Of a stretch of DNA of 32,000 nucleotides, positions 25,926 to 32,000 are shown piece after piece; the stretch's first letter is position 1, and each line of letters begins with the position of its first letter. A program made the translations under genes and the position numbers. Origin of the DNA: Thiobacillus sp. GTDB lineage: Bacteria; Pseudomonadota; Gammaproteobacteria; Burkholderiales; Thiobacillaceae. The stretch lies in contig JAUXRY010000013.1 of assembly GCA_030679915.1 (NCBI GenBank), forward strand, positions 26,631-58,630, read 5' to 3'. Under the pieces are notes generated by a model. It was not told the origin of the DNA. It ran no database searches and saw nothing but the letters and a program-made list of their open reading frames with translations.

Positions 25926-26862
25926 CCTTTTCGCAAGGGTTGATGCCGGTTTTTATTTTCTGCTTTGCACACCATTTTTGCGTTGCGTTGCCCGGCGATT
26001 TGGAAAGTGTCCGCATGCTCTCGACCTTGTCTTGTTCAGGCGGGTAGAAGTAATCCCTTGGCAACATGACTTTCTCGGCCACATCGGTCGCCTGGTCTTC
26101 AAGCATCGTGTCCTTTCCAGCTACAACTTTTCCTGCGAGCGTCACGTGGCCAGGAAATGCCGTTGGTGTGACTTTGAGACAGAAAGTACCCGACCACGGG
26201 CCGGCGATTTCACGCACCTCGCATTTGTGCCCTGCGATCGTTTTAAAGCTTAAAACCGGGGAGACTTTCGATGCGTCGGACAATGGGAAAACCCCAGCCA
26301 GCAAGGCACCCGCTTTCGGAGCCAGATTTTTATGCTCGGAACGTATCCAGTAACGTCCTTTCTCCGGATGGTCCTTCAATTCATAGTGAGTATGGCCTTG
26401 CGTCGCGTAGTGCCAGATGTCCGCGCCCTTCCGCTCTACCACTTCAACCTCACATAAGGATTTCACGTGCAGCACGGTCTTTGTTGTCTGCCTGGCAGCC
26501 ATATTCATTGCCGTCGCAAAATATTCGTCAGTTTCCTGCTTGCCAACGTCGGCCAGATTGCCCTTCAAACTGAATCCACCTGAAACATTGGCACAGGCAG
26601 CCTTGTCTTTGGCGCTTGCGCCTTTTGGCATCATTGCGCAAATGGACTTCATCATTTTGCATTGGCCTTCATACGTTTTAATCGATTCCTGGGCAGCATG
26701 TAAAAAGTAGGGCGATGTCCCTGAACGATGAACATGTATCCCTTCCAGCGATGGCGGTGCATCCTTGGCGTGAACCCAGGCAGCTATAAAAAATAACGCC
26801 ATGCCCAGCACGAGGGAAAAACGGGAAATAGTGAAATGCATAGTCATATCGGTTTCTTTCAT
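25906..26862 (-). CDS. Secreted protein of unknown function (318 aa) inside the Tad cluster
   Basis: Signal peptide ...MHFTISRFSLVLGMALFFIAAWVHA/KD. Starts 2 nt after the tadG-like stop. Several Cys residues. I recognise no family. Confidence 0.6.
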   Translation of the reverse strand: MKETDMTMHFTISRFSLVLGMALFFIAAWVHAKDAPPSLEGIHVHRSGTSPYFLHAAQESIKTYEGQCKMMKSICAMMPKGASAKDKAACANVSGGFSLKGNLADVGKQETDEYFATAMNMAARQTTKTVLHVKSLCEVEVVERKGADIWHYATQGHTHYELKDHPEKGRYWIRSEHKNLAPKAGALLAGVFPLSDASKVSPVLSFKTIAGHKCEVREIAGPWSGTFCLKVTPTAFPGHVTLAGKVVAGKDTMLEDQATDVAEKVMLPRDYFYPPEQDKVESMRTLSKSPGNATQKWCAKQKIKTGINPCEKDADDGK

Positions 26863-26864
26863 AA

Positions 26865-28226
26865 CTAAGGCAGGAGCGCGCCGCCTTGTAGTAACTGCGC
26901 GGTAGCGCGATCAGCCGCCGAGACCGGAACAAGGCGAACCTGCCAATAAGGATTGAACAGGCTTCCCTTCTCCGCTTTCCCGGGAAAAATCGGATTGGCG
27001 CCGTCGGGACGCTCGAAGAAAACCTCGGCACGCGCGATTGAAGCACTCTGCCCATTGGCATGTTGTCCCTGATACAAATCCAGACTGCCGCTCGGTTTGA
27101 CCACGCTGCTACCCCCCGAGTAGCGCTGTTTAACGCTGGATTTGGTGACCCGTATGGTGATTTGTGTGCGGGGATCGGACTGCTTCAGCGCGTTTTCCGA
27201 GAGTTCGTGAAACGCTGGAATGGCCCCTTTGCCAATACTGTAGGGTGCGGGATCGTAACCTCCGGCGATTCCTTCGCTTGAATCAGCCTTGTTGCTGGCA
27301 TTAGGATTGGTACTGCGTGAACCCGCATAGCTGTAATCAGAGTCGTCAAGGTCGTCTTCTGAAAAGGCCGTTCCGTATCCAACGGGGGTTTCGCTATGTT
27401 TGCAACTGGGGATTCCCCACTTCCACTTGATCCAATAGGTATGTGCCGAGAGGGTATCCATAGATTTCCACCCTTCGGTAAGGTCTATCAATTCTGTGCT
27501 GCCCCTTTTTTCCAGCTTCACACCGGTACACGCGAAAACCAGACCAAAACCCCAGTTTCGACTTTTCAAGAAAGCATCACGCCCATCGCTTACTACCTGA
27601 CCCATGCGGACTCGTTCTTCCTGGGATTCGTAACGCTGGGTGAATCCCATGAAGTTATCAGCGAGAGGAATCAGATCCACCTTGGCATCCGGGTCATTTC
27701 TTTTCGCCACCTCATCCATCACTTGCTTGCGATTGAACAGTGCAACCGCATTGCCCGGACCATGCACCGCATACTGAGAAAGCATCAGTGCCTGAATAGC
27801 TGCGTCATGAAAGGGGATCACATAGGAAAGCGCAAGCGAGACGTAGTCCATGATGGTCTCGATGTAATCCATCAACTGCTTCAGATAAGGACCGACATAG
27901 GGAATCAACTGGAGATAGGGGCCGATCGTGTCCGCAGATGTCCCCATGTATTTAGCCCAGGAGGAAAGTCCTACTGCCTGGCCGATTGCGATTTCATTGG
28001 CGATAATGGCGCGGTTGGTATAGGCATCGTAGTTCAGTACGCGTGCCTCATACACGCCCGCGCTATAGGCCACAGCATCTGCAGTGTTGGTGAGACGGAT
28101 TTTTTCCTGCACCAGTTGCCCGCTGTTGAACATGAAAAACACGGTCGCGGCAACGGCAACAAGCAAAACCAGACCCAAAGGCAAGGCCTGGCCGCGCTGA
28201 AAATGGTATTGAATAGGGAAAGACAT
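26865..28226 (-). CDS. tadG: TadG-like pilus assembly protein
   Basis: N-terminus FQRGQALPLGLVLLVAVAATVFFMFNSGQLVQEKIRLTNTADAVAYSAG matches the TadG-type N-terminal pattern (TM helix followed by ...aDaaAlAaa). 453 aa. Confidence 0.78.
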   Translation of the reverse strand: MSFPIQYHFQRGQALPLGLVLLVAVAATVFFMFNSGQLVQEKIRLTNTADAVAYSAGVYEARVLNYDAYTNRAIIANEIAIGQAVGLSSWAKYMGTSADTIGPYLQLIPYVGPYLKQLMDYIETIMDYVSLALSYVIPFHDAAIQALMLSQYAVHGPGNAVALFNRKQVMDEVAKRNDPDAKVDLIPLADNFMGFTQRYESQEERVRMGQVVSDGRDAFLKSRNWGFGLVFACTGVKLEKRGSTELIDLTEGWKSMDTLSAHTYWIKWKWGIPSCKHSETPVGYGTAFSEDDLDDSDYSYAGSRSTNPNASNKADSSEGIAGGYDPAPYSIGKGAIPAFHELSENALKQSDPRTQITIRVTKSSVKQRYSGGSSVVKPSGSLDLYQGQHANGQSASIARAEVFFERPDGANPIFPGKAEKGSLFNPYWQVRLVPVSAADRATAQLLQGGALLP

Positions 28227-28233
28227 TTGAGTT

Positions 28234-28259
28234 GCCGCCTACCCCACTTGGCAGGCGGC
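28234..28259 (-). terminator. Stem-loop just downstream of the flp pilin gene (possible attenuator or partial terminator)
   Basis: GCCGCCT (28234-28240) pairs with AGGCGGC (28253-28259), extendable by CC/GG across a mismatch. It lies in the 40-nt flp-tadG gap. No clear U-tract follows, so at most a leaky terminator or stabiliser. Confidence 0.4.
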
Positions 28260-28266
28260 GATCCGC

Positions 28267-28530
28267 TTACTCGTCCTTATTATTTGTGTAGGTATCGAGC
28301 GTCTCTTTTGTGGCTGCTTTAGCCGCGCCAGCTGTCGCAGCCGTTTGCGCCGCTGCTTTGGCCGTGGTGCCGTCGTTGCCAGCCAATTCCTGGGCGATCG
28401 CAGCGGTCTGGTTACGTACCGTAGAACCAAAATACTGATACACGGCAATCGCGGCAATCGCAATCATCGCAACAATAATGATGTATTCAGTCATGCCCTG
28501 ACCCCGTTGTGAACGACGCATTGATTTCAT
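28267..28530 (-). CDS. flp: Flp-family type IVb prepilin (major pilin candidate), 87 aa
   Basis: MKSMRRSQRG/QGMTEYIIIVAMIAIAAIAVYQYFG: Flp G/xxxxEY motif and hydrophobic helix. ATG 28530 is preceded by GGGAG. The longer track ORF (to 28608) adds an implausible leader. Unusually long Ala/Thr/Lys-rich C-terminal tail. Confidence 0.85.
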   Translation of the reverse strand: MKSMRRSQRGQGMTEYIIIVAMIAIAAIAVYQYFGSTVRNQTAAIAQELAGNDGTTAKAAAQTAATAGAAKAATKETLDTYTNNKDE

Positions 28531-28659
28531 GCCAACTCCCTTTCTTAAAACGATTTTGAGAAGCCACACACAAAGTGCGCGACTTGCGCGGAGCAACGCC
28601 AAGCACAATCAGGCGTAACTTCAGGGCGCGAGAGTATTGGGTTGGAAATGGCAGGACCA

Positions 28660-28675
28660 TAGAGCATATGCTCTA
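28660..28675. promoter_or_regulatory. Perfect 16-bp palindrome TAGAGCATATGCTCTA in the flp upstream region; candidate operator
   Basis: Read directly. It lies ~130 bp upstream of the flp ATG and ~140 bp downstream of the LuxR-type gene stop. The binding factor is unknown. Confidence 0.4.
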
Positions 28676-28811
28676 CGACTAAAGTAGTAGACGATGTTGT
28701 TTGCTGAAACAAGCCCTGTCTATGGCACTTTGCAGAGGAGTGCTTTAGTCCAAGGCGCTGCGGGTAGTAAAAATGTGCCGCCTGGAGAATGGAGCGCGTG
28801 TGTTCGATACT

Positions 28812-29591
28812 TCAGAAAGCACTGAATTGCGAGTCGGGCTGGCGGTTGACGACCCATCCCTTCTTGATGGCTTTGGCCACCGCTTGCGAGCGCGTGTTGA
28901 CGCGCAGTTTGACGAGCGTGCTTTGAATCTGGTTTCTGACAGTGCTGCGTGCGATGCCCAGAATGGATGCGATTTCGGCACTGGTTTTGCCGTCGCAGAC
29001 CCAGGTCAGCACTTCGAGTTCACGTGGCGTCAGGGTCTTATCTGTTCGAATGGCGCGTGCATCGGCCTTGATTTTATGCAGGATGCGCAACAATGCAGCA
29101 TGCATGTGCGGAACAAGTATTTTAAGCTTGTGTCGGTGGCCCTCTCCTAGTGGCCGGGGGATTTGGTGAAAGCTGAAATAGGATGCGTATTGACGCGATA
29201 AATCATAAGCACCGTGCGCTGCAATATTTTGCAGGCCGCTGGCTTTAAAGTGTTCAAGCCAGACCTTGTCCACCTTCGCGCCAACAGGCCCCTCGCTATC
29301 CAGCAACTGCACTTCACTACTTGCCAGCCAGTTTTTAATGACGGGGGAAGAGATCAGACCGCCTGGCTGTTTGAGTGTGCGCAGATAATCAATCGGAAAA
29401 TTGGATGCAAAGAGTTTAACGGGGGAAACGCCTGTTGAATGAACGCGCCCCATCCCGAATATGAAAGCACCATGAGGAAACGTCGATTGCAAGTCGGTGT
29501 TGGCCCAAGCCGTCAACTGGTCGCCGGTGGTAACCGAACCAAGTGATTCGAGGAGTTCGATGAGCGCGGTATTGTCAGCTAGAGTTGCCAT
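28812..29591 (-). CDS. LuxR/GerE-family transcriptional regulator (C-terminal HTH; N-terminal domain of unclear ligand specificity)
   Basis: C-terminal LTPRELEVLTWVCDGKTSAEIASILGIARSTVRNQIQSTLVKLRV is a textbook LuxR_C HTH. The ~170-aa N-terminal domain has the size of an autoinducer-binding domain, but I could not find the conserved W/Y/D-P residues. No luxI gene is in the window. Confidence 0.85.
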   Translation of the reverse strand: MATLADNTALIELLESLGSVTTGDQLTAWANTDLQSTFPHGAFIFGMGRVHSTGVSPVKLFASNFPIDYLRTLKQPGGLISSPVIKNWLASSEVQLLDSEGPVGAKVDKVWLEHFKASGLQNIAAHGAYDLSRQYASYFSFHQIPRPLGEGHRHKLKILVPHMHAALLRILHKIKADARAIRTDKTLTPRELEVLTWVCDGKTSAEIASILGIARSTVRNQIQSTLVKLRVNTRSQAVAKAIKKGWVVNRQPDSQFSAF

Positions 29592-29741
29592 GAGAGAGAT
29601 AAAACGGCTCGCTGAATGAACGGAGAATATAGGGTAGGGCTACTACAAGGTCAAATTGACCAATACGTGCCCAGGTTACAAAGCGTGCCACATCTCAAAG
29701 CATTCGAACGAAGTATTTCACCTGGTCTCAGGAGATCATGC

Positions 29742-30344
29742 ATGACCACACAAGCTAAAAACGTACTCGACTTCTGGTTCGGCCCATGCGGCACTGCAAC
29801 TGAACTCGTCGGCCGGCAGCGCAAGCTGTGGTTCGCAAAATCGGCGGCCAATGATCAGGCTGTGGTCGACCAATTTTCCGACACACTGGTTGCGGCAACG
29901 GCAGGGCGACTTGATCACTGGGCCGACACCCCTCGTGGCCGGCTGGCTTTGTTGATCGTTTTCGATCAGTTTCCGCACCACATCCATCGCGATCAGCCGC
30001 AGGCATTTGCCACGGACCCGCAGGCCCTGGCCTTGAATTTGACTGCATTAAAAACAGGCGATGAGCAGCATCTGACACCGATCGAACGCGTGTTTCTGTA
30101 TCTGCCGCTGGAACACGCCGAATCGAATGACATGCAGGATTGGTCGGTTTCGCTGTACGAGAAACTGGCAGACGAAGCCGCGATTGAAGAGCGTGCACTA
30201 TTCGATGACTTTCTGAGATATGCGCGGCAGCACCGCGACGTGGTGGCGCGCTTCGGGCGTTTTCCGCATCGCAACACGATACTGGGGCGGCCTTCGTCCG
30301 ACGATGAACTTGAATTTTTGAAGCAGCCCGGCTCGCGCTTCTAA
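29742..30344 (+). CDS. DUF924-family protein
   Basis: MTTQAKNVLDFWFG...LALLIVFDQFPHHI...RFGRFPHRNTILGRPSSDDELEFL matches the DUF924 pattern. ATG 29742 is preceded by AGGAG. The track's upstream extension (from 29616) is unlikely. Confidence 0.82.
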   Translation: MTTQAKNVLDFWFGPCGTATELVGRQRKLWFAKSAANDQAVVDQFSDTLVAATAGRLDHWADTPRGRLALLIVFDQFPHHIHRDQPQAFATDPQALALNLTALKTGDEQHLTPIERVFLYLPLEHAESNDMQDWSVSLYEKLADEAAIEERALFDDFLRYARQHRDVVARFGRFPHRNTILGRPSSDDELEFLKQPGSRF

Positions 30345-32000
30345 CGAGGCTGTATAAAAAGCCCCTAAAAAATAATCGTTCCCGCATCTTGCCCCAGTCA
30401 TCAGTCTGCATCAACATCGCTGCATTGATTGAGTGATGGAGGGCACTGCATGGCCCGCTACAAGCACATCGACACCAGCCCGCGGTTTCTTGCTGTTGAC
30501 CTGCAACGGCAACTGCTTCCCGGTACTTTCGAGCACGCGCTCAACCACCTCATCGATCACGAACTTGACCTGTCTGGCTTCGATGCCCGCTTCAACAATG
30601 ACGCCACCGGTGCGGCGGCTTATCCGCCCGCCATGCTGCTTAAAGTGGTGTTGTTCGCCTACAGCCAGGGCATCATTTCCAGCCGCAACATCGAAGCCGT
30701 CTGCCGCGACCACGTCACCTTCATCGCCCTGTCAGGCGACACCCAGCCCCACTTCACCACCATTGCCGCATTTGTTTCCAGCCTCGCCGACGACATCACC
30801 CGCGTCTTCACCCAGATCCTCTACCTGTGCGACCGGCAGGGGTTGATCGGACGCGAGATGTTTGCCATCGACGGCGTCAAGCTGCCGAGCAACGCATCCA
30901 AACAGAAGAGCGGCACTCGTGCCGACTTCGAACACCAGGCCACCAAGCTCGAAGCTGCTGCCCGCGTCATGCTCGAACGGCATCGGGAAGCAGACAGCAA
31001 ACCGGTCGAGGCCGACCTCAGACAGAAAGAAGTCCAGCGCATCAGCCGCCTGCAAACCGATGCTGCCAAACTGCGTCAATGGCTCACCGATCATCCCGAA
31101 GATCGCAAGGGCAGCAAAGGCACGATACGGAAGAGCAACCGAACCGACAACGAATCCGCCAAGATGGCGACCAGCAAAGGCGTTATCCAGGGTTATACGG
31201 GTGTGGCCGCCGTCGATGCCCGTCACCAGATCATCGTGGACGCGCAAGCCCACGGTACCGGCAGCGAACAGGAACTGCTGATGCCGGTGGTCAAGGCCAT
31301 CCAGGTCGCATTGAATGATGCTCCACTCATCACCCCGGCCAGCCTCATAACAGCGGACGCGGGTTACCACTCAGAAGCCAATCTCAAGCAGCTTACTGAA
31401 CTGGAAGTGGACGCCTTGATTGCCGACAACGGCATGCGGCAACGTGATCCACGTTTCAAAGACCAAGCCAAACACAAACAGTCCCCCGATCCTCTGCACG
31501 ACAAATCCGGCCAGAAGAAAGAGAAGAAGCCGACTGCTGTTTATCGCCCCGCGGATTTCCACTACGACATGGACGCGCAGACCTGCGTTTGCCCTGCGGG
31601 CAAGACGCTCTACGGCAATGGCAGCCATTGCATCATCAATGGTTTTGTTGCCGTCAAGTTTCAGGGCGCGCAGCAGGACTGCGTGCCTTGCGCACAACGG
31701 GATAAGTGTCTGCGCACGCCGGCCAAGACCAAGACCCGACAGGTGGGTTTCTTTCAGGGCAAGGCTGATGGAACGGCGTCCTTCACCGACAAGATGAAAG
31801 CCCGCATCGACAGCCACGAAGGGCAAGCGAAATACGGACGACGCTTCGCAACGGTGGAGCCGGTGTTCGGCAACTTGCGGCACAACAAGCAGCTCAACCG
31901 CTTTACCTTGAGGGGGCAGAAGAAAGTGGATGCGCAATGGAAGCTCTACTGCCTGGTGCATAACATCGAGAAGCTGGCGCATCATGGGTATGCACAGTAG
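30345..32000 (+). mobile_element. IS1182-family insertion sequence; left end unresolved, right end beyond the window
   Basis: The transposase ORF fills 30450-32000. The left terminal inverted repeat must lie between the DUF924 stop (30344) and 30449, but it cannot be defined without the right end. Confidence 0.6.
30450..32000 (+). CDS. IS1182-family transposase
   Basis: MARYKHIDTSPRFLAVDLQRQLLPGTFEHALNHLIDHELDLSGFDARFNNDATGAAAYPPAMLLKVVLFAYSQGIISSRNIE...PHFTTIAAFVS is the characteristic IS1182-family N-terminus. The C-terminus is ...WKLYCLVHNIEKL. The stop TAG is at 31998-32000. Confidence 0.9.
   Translation: MARYKHIDTSPRFLAVDLQRQLLPGTFEHALNHLIDHELDLSGFDARFNNDATGAAAYPPAMLLKVVLFAYSQGIISSRNIEAVCRDHVTFIALSGDTQPHFTTIAAFVSSLADDITRVFTQILYLCDRQGLIGREMFAIDGVKLPSNASKQKSGTRADFEHQATKLEAAARVMLERHREADSKPVEADLRQKEVQRISRLQTDAAKLRQWLTDHPEDRKGSKGTIRKSNRTDNESAKMATSKGVIQGYTGVAAVDARHQIIVDAQAHGTGSEQELLMPVVKAIQVALNDAPLITPASLITADAGYHSEANLKQLTELEVDALIADNGMRQRDPRFKDQAKHKQSPDPLHDKSGQKKEKKPTAVYRPADFHYDMDAQTCVCPAGKTLYGNGSHCIINGFVAVKFQGAQQDCVPCAQRDKCLRTPAKTKTRQVGFFQGKADGTASFTDKMKARIDSHEGQAKYGRRFATVEPVFGNLRHNKQLNRFTLRGQKKVDAQWKLYCLVHNIEKLAHHGYAQ

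Noticed and set aside
27396-28322. Plus-strand 308-aa ORF 27396-28322
   Set aside because: Antisense to the tadG-like gene and flp, with no recognisable features.
28560-28600. Possible sigma-54 promoter TTGGCGTTGCTCCGCG upstream of flp (minus strand)
   Set aside because: The GG-to-GC spacing is one nucleotide short of the consensus, and the flanking bases are poor matches.
28531-28608. Upstream extension of flp (track start at 28608, MCLALLRASRALCVWLLKIVLRKGVG...)
   Set aside because: It would give an atypically long, hydrophobic leader. The internal ATG at 28530 has a GGGAG RBS and yields a canonical Flp leader (MKSMRRSQRG/QGMTEY).
29755-30417. Minus-strand 220-aa ORF and other ORFs antisense to the DUF924 gene
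   Set aside because: The opposite strand has a clear DUF924 protein with a good RBS. The antisense translation is Arg/Ala/Pro-rich noise.
30732-31985. Minus-strand ORFs 30732-31370 and 31371-31985, and the alternative plus-frame ORFs within the transposase gene
   Set aside because: Nested in or antisense to the IS1182-family transposase ORF, with no independent support.
1-32000. Search for CRISPR arrays, tRNA/rRNA genes, and orphan Rhs tip or immunity cassettes
   Set aside because: I saw no regularly spaced direct repeats, no tRNA T-loop/acceptor-like signatures in the intergenic regions inspected, and no second DPxGL-type Rhs core end downstream of the main gene. Dedicated tools (tRNAscan-SE, CRISPR finders) were not available to me.

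Overview
GC-rich proteobacterial chromosomal window (spot counts about 60-67% GC in the core genes; gene content looks betaproteobacterial, which is inference only). It has four blocks.

(1) 1-6851, cyanophycin module. Two tandem cyanophycin synthetase genes lie on the minus strand. The first is a canonical cphA that runs off the left edge and is missing from the supplied ORF track. The second is a paralog with a degenerate P-loop. They are divergent from an ABC exporter with an N-terminal extension, which is coupled to a DUF1854 gene.

(2) 6991-8177, two ordinary genes: a double-CDGSH Fe-S protein and a TSUP/TauE-family permease. A ~500 bp lower-GC non-coding spacer follows.

(3) 8683-28530, the main item. 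This is a ~19.9 kb block of 17 co-directional, tightly packed minus-strand genes forming an atypical Tad/Flp-pilus-like cluster:
- two Flp-type pilins, TadG-like, two TadE-like proteins, CpaB, the CpaC secretin, an FHA-CpaF ATPase, TadB, TadC and DUF192
- a secreted glutaredoxin-SH3b protein
- a 1741-aa Rhs/YD-repeat toxin with a Sec signal peptide, whose start overlaps the stop of a Cys-rich TadE-like pseudopilin (ATGA). Its C-terminus is a DUF2235/Tle1-like phospholipase.
- a lipoprotein (candidate immunity) and a secreted 28-aa-repeat protein downstream of the Rhs gene

No T6SS genes, PAAR or VgrG, prepilin peptidase, or TadZ/CpaE are visible in the window. I propose this as a candidate Tad-coupled Rhs toxin export or delivery system. 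That is a hypothesis, not a demonstrated function.

(4) 28812-32000: a LuxR-type regulator upstream of the cluster, with a perfect 16-bp palindrome in the flp promoter region; a DUF924 gene; and an IS1182-family transposase at the right edge.

No tRNA, rRNA or CRISPR array was recognised. Most long plus-strand ORFs in the track that overlap these genes are antisense artefacts of high GC.
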